Shown here in pieces: positions 8,395-16,341 of a stretch of 27,009 nt of DNA. The position numbers and the translations under genes were made by a program. The stretch comes from a virus (taxonomy: Duplodnaviria > Caudoviricetes), in the IMG/VR virus record IMGVR_UViG_3300042350_000102, positions 1 to 27,009 of that record. One strand, written 5' to 3'. Position 1 is the first letter of the stretch. Every line of letters begins with the position of its first letter. Below the pieces are notes generated by a model. That model saw nothing but the letters and a program-made list of their open reading frames with translations. It did not search any database and was not told where the DNA came from.

Positions 8395-9479
8395 ACAAAC
8401 CTTCCGTTGTGTTTTGTGCGCAGCTCAAGCGCTTGTTGGTCAACCAACATGATCTTGTCTTTACAACCGTGGATTTCAGCGCTAGTGATAAAGTCAGGGC
8501 GAAACTCTGGGTCACCATTGACAAACTTCTTGCCATCGGGCATTTGGTAGACAATGCTGCTGTCGTGGGTTCTGTCAATTGGCGTGGCCGTCTTGGCCAG
8601 CAGAATGGGAATGTAGCGGTGACGGTTACAACCTTTGCGCTGATCTTCTGTGGCCAAGTCAATCTCATGCGAAGCGCATGACCAACGGCCTTGGCCGTCC
8701 ATCTCTGGCGTGGCGTGAACGCATGACCGGCAAGTCGGGGCTGGCACATCCGTGCCGTGGCAAATAGCCTGGTAGTCGCAGAACTTGCACTCAAACCATG
8801 TCGGGTCAGTTGATATGCCAACTGGTGGCTCCACGCTGGTGATCACCGCCATGGCCTTGTCGATCAGCTTCTGCGCTTCGTCAGCGTCAAACTCTAAGCG
8901 CTCGGTGTAGATGTCGTCATTGTCTTTGTTGACCACCAGATAGAGTGCCCTGCGGCAACCGTCTTCGCCAAACTGATCGATGCTCCACTTCATGTATATT
9001 TGCATCTGCGCGTAGTGTTCGGGCTTGGCCTTCTTTACGCCAGATTTTTGCATTTCCTTGTACATCTTGTCAGATGCTGTCTTTATCTCCAGTATGTGCG
9101 GAGACTTAGGGGCTTGCGGCAAACCCGTGATGATGCCGTCAGCGTTGCCTTGGAAGTGGTGGCCAGTCGTGCTTTCGCTGAATGACCACTGCTTGCCGGT
9201 GGTTGGGTTAATCTGGTAGACCGTGCAGCCAATGCTTGCCAAGTCTTGGTAGACCCTTGGCTCTTGTAAGTGACCAGATTGGAACACTCGGTACAAGCGG
9301 CCAGAAAACTCGGCAGGCTTGGCCCATCTGAATGAGTACCAGTGCTGGCGCAGACACGGCTTACCAATGGCAGAGGCGCCAAGGTAAGGGCGCTGCGCTT
9401 CCGCGCCATACTTTGCCTTGTAGTAGGCAAAGATGGCATCGGCCACAGGATCAGTAACTGATTGTGGTAGCAAGGCCAT
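8391..9479 (-). CDS. PD-(D/E)XK exonuclease, Cas4/RecB-like
   Basis: YLGASAIGKPC, GH, GNADG, LEIKT, QMQIYM and CKFC..IC cysteine cluster. Start moved to ATG 9479 directly after the SSB stop. Confidence 0.85.
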   Translation of the reverse strand: MALLPQSVTDPVADAIFAYYKAKYGAEAQRPYLGASAIGKPCLRQHWYSFRWAKPAEFSGRLYRVFQSGHLQEPRVYQDLASIGCTVYQINPTTGKQWSFSESTTGHHFQGNADGIITGLPQAPKSPHILEIKTASDKMYKEMQKSGVKKAKPEHYAQMQIYMKWSIDQFGEDGCRRALYLVVNKDNDDIYTERLEFDADEAQKLIDKAMAVITSVEPPVGISTDPTWFECKFCDYQAICHGTDVPAPTCRSCVHATPEMDGQGRWSCASHEIDLATEDQRKGCNRHRYIPILLAKTATPIDRTHDSSIVYQMPDGKKFVNGDPEFRPDFITSAEIHGCKDKIMLVDQQALELRTKHNGRFV

Positions 9480-9480
9480 G

Positions 9481-9987
9481 TCAGCCTTTCCGTGCCCATG
9501 CGGGTGCTTTGGACTTGGCGGCCTCTTGCTCGGCTGTTGGCCATGCAGGCGTGTCAGCTGCGGGTGTTGGTGCAGCAGCTGGTGCGCTGAAACCACCGGC
9601 AGACTCATAGCTTTTAATGTTGTTGCTGGCCTTGTACTGGCCTTGTGCCTCACGCACAGTCACACTGATGCGAACTGGCTTGAAGTGCAGGGCGGCAGTG
9701 TCCATCAACTTAATCACGTTCACAGCGTGGCAAAGCGCAGACAACTGGCTTTGTGCAATGCGCTGGGTGTCTTCGTTACTGTGGCGAATGTTCAAGTTCT
9801 CCCAAACCTTACGGCCTTTGAACTGGCCATCCATGATTTCAAAAGTCAACTTCAAACCCTCACCGTTGCCAGACTTCAATGGCTGCACATCGGACTCGGT
9901 GATGTGTGCTAGGTATGTGCCAGCAGGCAGTGGGCCTGTAGATGCTTGGGGGGCGACTTGGGATGCGTCAAAATTAAACTGAGCCAT
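9481..9987 (-). CDS. Single-stranded DNA-binding protein, DUF669-like
   Basis: PLPAGTY, LKLTFEI..G.FKGRKVWENLN motifs and an Ala/Pro tail ending PAW. Adjacent to the Sak4-like ATPase. Confidence 0.8.
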   Translation of the reverse strand: MAQFNFDASQVAPQASTGPLPAGTYLAHITESDVQPLKSGNGEGLKLTFEIMDGQFKGRKVWENLNIRHSNEDTQRIAQSQLSALCHAVNVIKLMDTAALHFKPVRISVTVREAQGQYKASNNIKSYESAGGFSAPAAAPTPAADTPAWPTAEQEAAKSKAPAWARKG

Positions 9988-10026
9988 GATAAATTTCCTA
10001 AAAAGTTAAGTTACGAACTGGGGTGA

Positions 10027-10773
10027 TCAAGACTGCGCTTGGGTAAGCGCTGCTTGGAATGCCGTCCAGTCAAGCGGCATATTCTGAAGGCCAAAGCGGT
10101 TACCACCGCAATGAGCCGGATGTGGTTCAACGTGCAAGATGCGCTCACCAGTGGTGGTGGCCTTGGTTTCTTTCTTAGAAAACCCTGCGTCTGTCTTGCT
10201 CGTAAAGATGCGGTAGCCTGCGTAGCCAATGACATCAGCCCATTCTTGCACCAAGCCAGCGGCCTTGTCGTGCAGTTTTAGGACATGGCTGTCATAGCCC
10301 TCAGTCAACGGGTCTTCAATGCGCTTGATCTTGTCGTGAGCAATCAAAATGATGCCCATGCCCTTGGCAGAGCGCAAGACCTCAAGGCCAGAGAGCAAGT
10401 TGCGCCATTCCTCGGCGGCGGCCACATAGCCCTTACCAAAGCCTGGCTGCTCGATGTTCTTCCAGTTGTTCTGCTTGCACACATACTCTTGGATCATTGG
10501 CTCTAACCAGTCAAGCGAGTCAATAAACAAGGTCTGAAAGTCATGGTTTTGGTTGATCAGCGTGTCGATGGCCGCATAGACTTCGGGCAGACTGGACGCC
10601 AGAGGGAAGGCGTTTGCGTCAACTGCGTCAGCGCCGTCTTCGGTCAGGATGCCAATGGCGTTGGGCGCCATGGCCGCGAAGGTTGTCTTGCCAATCTTGC
10701 CTTGGCCAACCACAACAATCTTGGGTGAGCGTACACGTTTAGTCTTTGAGATGGAGGATAGATCGAATGCCAT
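10027..10773 (-). CDS. AAA_24 ATPase, Sak4-like single-strand annealing protein
   Basis: Walker A GQGKIGKTT, Walker B LFIDSLDWLE, ILIAH. Classic linkage to an SSB and an exonuclease. Confidence 0.85.
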   Translation of the reverse strand: MAFDLSSISKTKRVRSPKIVVVGQGKIGKTTFAAMAPNAIGILTEDGADAVDANAFPLASSLPEVYAAIDTLINQNHDFQTLFIDSLDWLEPMIQEYVCKQNNWKNIEQPGFGKGYVAAAEEWRNLLSGLEVLRSAKGMGIILIAHDKIKRIEDPLTEGYDSHVLKLHDKAAGLVQEWADVIGYAGYRIFTSKTDAGFSKKETKATTTGERILHVEPHPAHCGGNRFGLQNMPLDWTAFQAALTQAQS

Positions 10774-10774
10774 G

Positions 10775-11143
10775 TTAGTCTTTCAGTTCAATAGATGGTT
10801 TTGCGGGTTTGCTAGTGATGAACACGGCAGCCTTGTTGTAGGACGCTGGGTCAATTTCGGATAGTTGTCGGAGGTAAGCCAAGTTAACTTCGGCTTTCCA
10901 TCTAAATGCACGTTGGGCGTTGTCAGGCAGATCGTCATAGTCGGCGGCCAAGCGGTCAGTATCAACTGAACGGTTGAGCTTCCATGTAATGCTGAAGTCT
11001 TCGTCATTGTGCGTGCCTTCATTGCTCTCAGGCTTGGCAAACTGCTCGGTGATCAAGCCCTCAATGCGCAGGCGCTCGGCCTTGGCTTCGTTCTCGGCCA
11101 ATTTAGCCTGGCGCAGCTGTTCTACCAAATTAGAGATCGTCAT
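10775..11143 (-). CDS. Hypothetical protein in the recombination module
   Basis: ATG 11143 after GAGGA. N-terminal coiled coil and a C-terminal ITSKPAKPSI motif typical of genes preceding Sak4-like ATPases. Confidence 0.75.
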   Translation of the reverse strand: MTISNLVEQLRQAKLAENEAKAERLRIEGLITEQFAKPESNEGTHNDEDFSITWKLNRSVDTDRLAADYDDLPDNAQRAFRWKAEVNLAYLRQLSEIDPASYNKAAVFITSKPAKPSIELKD

Positions 11144-11660
11144 TTTTAAAGTCCTCAAGTGCTGTGGTTGTGATGTGGTCTACAAGGTACTGCAAGAGCA
11201 AGTGGCCAATGTCAACGTCAGTGTTTCTAACGTAAGCGTTGACCAGTTCAATATTCTCAGATGTGCCAGGCTCATTGAGTAAGCCATAGCTGTCGCGTGA
11301 GCCTTCTTCGTCTGGCGTGTACTCTAAGAAGCAAACCAGATCAACACCTTCAAGTTCGCACTCGTACTGGGTAAGCCCTTTGGGGCAGGCGGGTGTCAGC
11401 CCAACCCATGTGCGCTGTGGTGGGGTGGTGTAGAGTGGTTGGTTGTGAACACTGTCTTTTATGATTGGTTTAGTCACATACACCCAATCGCTACCTGTCC
11501 CTTGTGGGAACTTTGAAACCCATGCTCTCCACGCCACAGGCTCCTGTTCTGGCTGTTCCAAGGCTTTAATCAATGCCTCACAAACAACGTATTCGGGCGT
11601 ATTAGGTGAATGAATACCCATGCCAACTTGTGCTAGTTCAATCAATTTGTCTTTAGTCAT
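11130..11660 (-). CDS. Hypothetical protein, apparent fusion of two micro-ORF modules
   Basis: N-half has QPEQEPVAW..PLYTTPPQRTWVGLT. C-half is acidic (PACPKGLTQYECELEGVDLVCFLEY). Confidence 0.7.
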   Translation of the reverse strand: MTKDKLIELAQVGMGIHSPNTPEYVVCEALIKALEQPEQEPVAWRAWVSKFPQGTGSDWVYVTKPIIKDSVHNQPLYTTPPQRTWVGLTPACPKGLTQYECELEGVDLVCFLEYTPDEEGSRDSYGLLNEPGTSENIELVNAYVRNTDVDIGHLLLQYLVDHITTTALEDFKNDDL

Positions 11661-11878
11661 GCTTGTCCCCTAATAATTTCAGCAGGCTCATGCGGGTCGT
11701 AAAACCCAATGCCCTTATCAAGTTTGTCAAACACCTTTGCCAAACGCTCACGCTCATGCTCCGCTACTAGCTTGGCAAAGATTTCAAGGTGCAATAAAGC
11801 AGACGGATGAAATGGTTTTCCTTCTTCATCTATGCCATACGCCTTGTTTGCCATGCGAATAATGTCTTCTTTGTTCAT
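11657..11878 (-). CDS. Hypothetical protein, 73 aa
   Basis: EDIIRMA..LE.FAKLVAEHERE..IIRGQA pattern. ATGA overlaps on both sides. Confidence 0.75.
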   Translation of the reverse strand: MNKEDIIRMANKAYGIDEEGKPFHPSALLHLEIFAKLVAEHERERLAKVFDKLDKGIGFYDPHEPAEIIRGQA

Positions 11879-11970
11879 AGCGGTGCATCCTCAAAGTTGT
11901 CAGGGTTGAACTTGGGCTGACGTTTGTTGTTGTGCTTGGGGTTTGGGAATGGTGGGAATGGCCAAGTCAT
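11875..11970 (-). CDS. Micro-ORF, 31 aa
   Basis: MTWPFPPFPNPKHNNKRQPKFNPDNFEDAPL. ATGA overlaps at both ends. Confidence 0.65.
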   Translation of the reverse strand: MTWPFPPFPNPKHNNKRQPKFNPDNFEDAPL

Positions 11971-12110
11971 GCTGACCACCATGCAACGAGTAAGACGGCC
12001 ATGCCAACGCCAATGGCAATGGCGACAATGAAATCAATGACTGCTTCGCCACGGGCGTTCAGCTTGGCGTTCTTGACTTCGGGGTAGTGAAAGTATTTGC
12101 TGTGTTTCAT
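11967..12110 (-). CDS. Micro membrane protein, 47 aa
   Basis: MKHSKYFHYPEVKNAKLNARGEAVIDFIVAIAIGVGMAVLLVAWWSA. C-terminal TM and an ATGA overlap. Confidence 0.7.
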   Translation of the reverse strand: MKHSKYFHYPEVKNAKLNARGEAVIDFIVAIAIGVGMAVLLVAWWSA

Positions 12111-12125
12111 GTTGTGCTTTCTATG

Positions 12126-12139
12126 GGGGCCGAGGCCCC
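12126..12139 (-). other. GC-rich intergenic hairpin (mRNA stabiliser or processing signal)
   Basis: GGGGC-CTCG-GCCCC on the minus strand between two early genes. No U-tract. Confidence 0.55.
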
Positions 12140-12145
12140 GTTGGT

Positions 12146-12328
12146 TTAGATTGTGAATTCGTTGTTAATGACTGCTTTTTTGGCATCTTTTAAACGCAAG
12201 CAAGACCAGCGAAATTTGCCGTCAACATGAATTTCCCAGCTTGAAGACAATGTGTTGCAGCGGAAACCATAATCCTGAACACGAACGATGGTGACGTTGC
12301 CTTGGGTAAAAACTGTTTTGCGGTTCAT
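12146..12328 (-). CDS. Hypothetical protein, 60 aa
   Basis: TAAGGAG RBS. In the early operon. Confidence 0.75.
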   Translation of the reverse strand: MNRKTVFTQGNVTIVRVQDYGFRCNTLSSSWEIHVDGKFRWSCLRLKDAKKAVINNEFTI

Positions 12329-12340
12329 GTTGTTTGCTCC

Positions 12341-12601
12341 TTAAACCCGTGAAGATTGTGTGCCAACCAATTCGCCATCCATAACCATGAAAGTAAGAGT
12401 CTTGGCAATGTTGAGGGTTTGGCGTGCGCGTTCTGTGTCGTTAAAAGACATGAGGTGTTGAGCGTCTGACATCAAGCCAGCGATTACCATGTTGGCGCCA
12501 GTGAATTGGTATGTGATAGATTCTTTGACTGACTCAATGTATGAGTCGATGTCTTCGAAACCATACATTGCTACGTTGCGGCTAGTTTGTGTTGCGTTCA
12601 T
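12341..12601 (-). CDS. Hypothetical protein, first gene of the leftward operon
   Basis: Start moved to ATG 12601 (AAGGAAACGAAATG). The longer track start would run through the operator region. Confidence 0.75.
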   Translation of the reverse strand: MNATQTSRNVAMYGFEDIDSYIESVKESITYQFTGANMVIAGLMSDAQHLMSFNDTERARQTLNIAKTLTFMVMDGELVGTQSSRV

Positions 12602-12658
12602 TTCGTTTCCTTTGGCCTTTCGGCGTGATGCCAAGAACAATTTCGTTGGCATGGATGA

Positions 12659-12688
12659 ATTATCTAGCATATCGCTAGATGTCGTCAA
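12659..12688 (-). promoter_or_regulatory. Leftward sigma70-type promoter
   Basis: TTGACG-N18-GATAAT on the minus strand, overlapping operators 1 and 2. Confidence 0.6.
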
Positions 12689-12764
12689 GCGTTTTGCTAG
12701 AAATATTTAAATTATTTGTGTAGGTGCTTTCCCTAATACGGAATTGCTCAAGCAATCTGCTAGA
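12662..12764. promoter_or_regulatory. Three operators, consensus TCWAGC-N5-GCTAGA
   Basis: ATCTAGCatatcGCTAGAT (12662-12680), TCAAGCgttttGCTAGA (12685-12701) and TCAAGCaatctGCTAGA (12748-12764), between divergent operons. Confidence 0.75.
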
Positions 12765-12775
12765 CTTTGCGTCCT

Positions 12776-12991
12776 ATGAACACACAAATACCCCCAGATG
12801 AGCGCCGACAACTGGCAGAAAAAGTTGGCATAAACGAGCAATACCTCTACCAATGCCTCACCGGCAGACGTGAGATGTCAGCATGGGAGGCCGTGAGAGT
12901 GGAGCAGGAAAGCCAAGGGCGGCTCACTCGCAAAATGGTGTGCCAGGGCAGCTGGCAGTCTATTTGGCCTGAGTTGGTGGAGACAACGTGA
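12776..12991 (+). CDS. Cro/YdaS-like HTH regulator
   Basis: RRQLAEKVGINEQYLYQCLTGRR helix-turn-helix and W..IWPEL C-terminus. First gene of the rightward operon. Confidence 0.85.
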   Translation: MNTQIPPDERRQLAEKVGINEQYLYQCLTGRREMSAWEAVRVEQESQGRLTRKMVCQGSWQSIWPELVETT

Positions 12992-13721
12992 ATGAGTTGG
13001 CTCTTTTCGCGGGCGCTGGTGGAGGAATACTCGGAGGCCATTTGCTCGGATGGCGAACAGTCTGTGCCGTTGAATGGGAGCAATACCCCGCAAGCGTACT
13101 GTGCGCCAGACAAAATGACGGGCTTCTCCCGCCTTTCCCGATTTGGGATGACGTACAAACCTTTGACGGAAAGCCGTGGCGAGGAATTGTTGATGTCGTA
13201 TCTGGCGGCTTTCCATGCCAAGACATCTCAGCCGCGGGGGGGGGGGGGGAATTGATGGCGAAAGATCAGGAATGTGGCGAGAAATGGCGCGGATCATTCA
13301 CGAAGTACAGCCTGGATTCGTTTTCGTGGAAAACTCACCAATGCTCACTTCTAGGGGACTTGGAAGAGTTCTCGGAGACTTGGCCAAAATGGGGTTTGAT
13401 GCGAAATGGGGAGTGTTGGGAGGCGAAGATGTTGGGGCCGTTCATAGAAGAGACAGAATTTGGATTGTCGCTTCCAACGATAGTCAAATCAGACTCAAAT
13501 GCGACATTAAAAAACAGATTCCTAAATTCACGCCATTTCCGTGGGGCAAAGATGTCAGAGGGATTGAGGATTTGCGAAACAGATCCGACCTCAGTCCATC
13601 CATCATTTGGCGAAAAGACTATGGGGTGGCCGACTATGTGGACCGGGTTAGCGCCATTGGCAACGGCCAAATTCCAAGAGTGGCAGCAACAGCATGGACA
13701 ATACTCAGTGAAAGAATTTAA
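12988..13721 (+). CDS. C5 cytosine DNA methyltransferase, catalytic (alpha) frame, frameshifted at the G14 tract
   Basis: Motifs I (LFAGAGG) and IV (GGFPCQDIS) are in frame 12988. Motifs VI (ENS), VIII (HRRDRIWIV) and X (GNGQIP) are in the 13215-13721 frame. One extra G joins them into 244 aa. Confidence 0.85.
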
Positions 13722-13728
13722 TGACTAA
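12992..13728 (+). CDS. Overlapping +1-frame polypeptide, candidate methyltransferase beta subunit, frameshifted at the same tract
   Basis: ORF 12992-13255 plus the 3' part of the 12988-13728 frame form one 245-aa ORF with one extra G. It carries motif IX-like VHPSFGEKTMGWPTMWT, which the alpha frame lacks. Confidence 0.65.
13236..13249 (+). repeat. Poly-G homopolymer (G14)
   Basis: GCCGC-G14-AATTGAT, directly after catalytic motif IV. Confidence 0.95.
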
Positions 13729-15811
13729 CCTAACAACAATATTCCCTAACGGCTTTGCGGCAGCCACAGAAAGCCAAGACCTGATCAACCCAGAGGAAGG
13801 GTTCAGAAGGCATTGTGAGGCTGCTGGCCTGCTGATCAAAGACCAGATCATTGCTGATGGTGAGATACACCGTGTGGCGCATGTGTCGAGCAAGAAGGGT
13901 GCGCTAGACGGCTGGTATATCTTGCACACCAGTGGCAAGGTTCCTGTGGGCATTGCAGGCTGTTGGAAAGAGCCAGTCTTTGAAGCCAAATGGGTGGCAG
14001 ATACTGGCCGTGCCATGTCGTTCACTGAGCGCTTTGAACATGACAAGTGGGTAGCTGAAGTTAAGGCCAAGAAAGATGCGGATCGGTTGGCCAGTCAGGC
14101 GGTGGCCGCAGAGCGTGCAGAGGATGAGGTGGGAACGTATGCGGATGCAAGCAATGACCATCCTTACCTTGTGCGCAAGCATGTTGGCGCCAACGGGATC
14201 AAGATTGACCGTGCAGGCAGACTGGTTGTGCCGGTGATCAATCAGGCAGGCGAGATATTGAGTTACCAAACCATTGATGCAGATGGCAACAAGCGGTTCC
14301 TAAAAGGCGGCAAGATCGAGGGCGGGTTTTACGAACTGCGTGGTAACCGTAAGATCGTGTTTATTGGTGAGGGCTTTGCCACTTGCGCATCGATCCATGA
14401 AGCGACTGGCTACACGGTGTTAGTGGCGTTTGACTGCGGCAACTTGGCCAAGGTGGCCAAGAGCGCCAAAGAAATGTTCCCAGGCTCAAAGATTGTGATT
14501 GGCGCAGACAATGACCAGTTTACGGAAGGCAACCCTGGCGTAACGAAGGGCCGTGCAGCTGCGGCGCTGGTGTTTGGTGAGATTGTGTACCCATCGTTTT
14601 CAGATTCGGACATGGTGGACAACAAGCCCACAGACTTCAATGATTTGCATTGCCTGCAAGGTTTGGATGCCGTCAAAGAGCAGATTGAGCGAGTGGCAGG
14701 GCCAATGAAAGACAAACTGGCGTTTGAGTTTAGTCGGGCAGACAGCTTGCAACTCACGCAAATCAAGTGGATCGTGGATGATTACATCGAAGCAGACTCG
14801 CTGGCGCAAGTGTTCGGTGACCCAGGCGGTGGTAAATCGTTTGTGTCCATCGACATTGCCTGCTGTGTGGCCACAGGCCGTGCCTGGCATGGCCATGAGG
14901 TTAAGCAAGGCAGCGTGTTTTACATTGCCGGTGAAGGCCACAATGGCTTGGCACGGCGTTTCAAGGCATGGCAGATTGGCAACGGCACGAGCTTGGACGG
15001 TGCGCCACTGTACAAGAGCCATAGGGCGGCGCAGCTGTATGACGCGACTGAGGCTGCGGTGGTGGCTGAAAGCATTAAAGAGCTGTCAGCGCAGGCCGGC
15101 ACGGTTCCATCACTGATCATCATTGACACCTTGGCGCGTAACCATGGCGGCGATGAAAACAGCACCCAAGACATGAATGCGTTCATTCAGCACCTTGACA
15201 CCTACTTGCGCCAACCATGGAACTGTTGCGTTTTGGTGGTGCATCACTCCGGCGTGGCTGACAAGGATCGTAGCCGTGGATCAACAGCCCTGAAGGGCGC
15301 CTTGGATGCGGAATATCGATGCCAGCTAGATAGCGGGACAAAGACCATAGCGTTTGAGTCTAAGAAGATGAAGGATGCAGAGATGCCTGCGCCTAAGAAT
15401 TTTCAGATCACGCAAGTGGACTTGCCAATCCAAGACAAGCACGGTTTGGCGGTCAAGGGTGCGTACCTTACAGCCGTGGACATTAGCGGCCTAACCAGCT
15501 CAATCCAGAAGAAAACATACCTTGCAGGCAACCAAAGGAAGACCTTGGACTGCTTGGTGGCCATCCAAATGAGCCATGAAAAGAACGGCATTTTGGACTT
15601 GGTGACCTACGATGAGTGGCGCGAGTCGGCCAAAGAACATGGCATTAAATCCAACCGATTTAGGGAAGTTGTTGATAGCCTGGTCAAAAAGTTGTTGGTT
15701 TTGGAGGACTCTAGAGGTTACAGAACCAGACCTAATGTAGATGCTATTGTCGAACCGAAACTTACCGAATCGGTAACCGAATCGGCTAATTCGGTTGAAC
15801 CGAAACTATGA
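13721..15811 (+). CDS. Primase-helicase (TOPRIM plus AAA_25/RepA-like SF4 helicase)
   Basis: HPYL, IGEGFAT and GADND (TOPRIM). GDPGGGKS Walker A, LIIIDT Walker B, VVHH, RGSTAL. Confidence 0.92.
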   Translation: MTNLTTIFPNGFAAATESQDLINPEEGFRRHCEAAGLLIKDQIIADGEIHRVAHVSSKKGALDGWYILHTSGKVPVGIAGCWKEPVFEAKWVADTGRAMSFTERFEHDKWVAEVKAKKDADRLASQAVAAERAEDEVGTYADASNDHPYLVRKHVGANGIKIDRAGRLVVPVINQAGEILSYQTIDADGNKRFLKGGKIEGGFYELRGNRKIVFIGEGFATCASIHEATGYTVLVAFDCGNLAKVAKSAKEMFPGSKIVIGADNDQFTEGNPGVTKGRAAAALVFGEIVYPSFSDSDMVDNKPTDFNDLHCLQGLDAVKEQIERVAGPMKDKLAFEFSRADSLQLTQIKWIVDDYIEADSLAQVFGDPGGGKSFVSIDIACCVATGRAWHGHEVKQGSVFYIAGEGHNGLARRFKAWQIGNGTSLDGAPLYKSHRAAQLYDATEAAVVAESIKELSAQAGTVPSLIIIDTLARNHGGDENSTQDMNAFIQHLDTYLRQPWNCCVLVVHHSGVADKDRSRGSTALKGALDAEYRCQLDSGTKTIAFESKKMKDAEMPAPKNFQITQVDLPIQDKHGLAVKGAYLTAVDISGLTSSIQKKTYLAGNQRKTLDCLVAIQMSHEKNGILDLVTYDEWRESAKEHGIKSNRFREVVDSLVKKLLVLEDSRGYRTRPNVDAIVEPKLTESVTESANSVEPKL

Positions 15812-15951
15812 ACCGAATTAACCGAAACTTACCGAAACTTACCGAAACTGCCGGCTCAAACAGTCGGTATTTCGAACCGAAACTTACCGAAAGTGCTTAT
15901 AAGCACATTCGGTTTCGGTTCGTAAACTGTTTCGGCTCGGTTCGGTTCGGT
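15751..15951. repeat. ACCGAA iteron array with a palindromic centre; putative replication origin
   Basis: Ten direct ACCGAA copies (15754-15891, several as ACCGAAACTT), five inverted TTCGGT copies, and palindrome GTGCTTATAAGCAC (15893-15906). Confidence 0.8.
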
Positions 15952-15992
15952 TTTGGGAAAATCGGGCAAGGTTGGGAAAGTTGGGGATTGGC

Positions 15993-16340
15993 ATGATTGA
16001 AGTAGAAATGGACATGAAAATTGTGTCGGTGGCCAACATGCGGTTGCATTGGGCGGCCAAAGCAAGGTTGACTAAAACCCAACGGCAAAAGACTAGGATG
16101 GCTTTGGCAGCTGTCGCACAGTCCTATGGCGTGGAGATACTGCCAGTCACCGTGGTGTTGACCAGAGTGGCTCCAAGGAAGCTAGATGGCGACAACTTGC
16201 AGTCTGGGTTTAAAGCAGTCAGGGACGGTGTGGCTGACTGGCTTGGCGTTGATGACGGCAGCGACATGATCGAGTGGCAGTACAACCAAAGGTCTGGTGG
16301 GCCGAATGTGTACAAGGTTGAGATTGAGGTGATAACATGA
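15993..16340 (+). CDS. RusA-like Holliday junction resolvase
   Basis: RKLDGDNLQSGFKAVRDGVA..LGVDD fits the RusA D-x-D-N..K..D..DD pattern. Lies between the replication and packaging genes. Confidence 0.75.
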   Translation: MIEVEMDMKIVSVANMRLHWAAKARLTKTQRQKTRMALAAVAQSYGVEILPVTVVLTRVAPRKLDGDNLQSGFKAVRDGVADWLGVDDGSDMIEWQYNQRSGGPNVYKVEIEVIT

Positions 16341-16341
16341 C

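Noticed and set aside
8391-9479. Cas4-like nuclease as part of a CRISPR-Cas system
   Set aside because: No cas1/cas2 or array. The SSB and Sak4-like context is a standard phage recombination module.
9480-9653. N-terminal extension of the nuclease ORF given in the track
   Set aside because: It overlaps the SSB gene. ATG 9479 directly after the SSB stop is the better start.
12988-13728. The 246-aa track ORF as an intact methyltransferase
   Set aside because: It lacks motifs VI, VIII and X, which lie in another frame after the G tract.
15751-15951. Repeat array as a CRISPR array, or ORFs 15808-15996 and 15897-16088 as genes
   Set aside because: Units are 6-10 bp with no unique spacers. The ORFs are low-complexity translations of the iterons.
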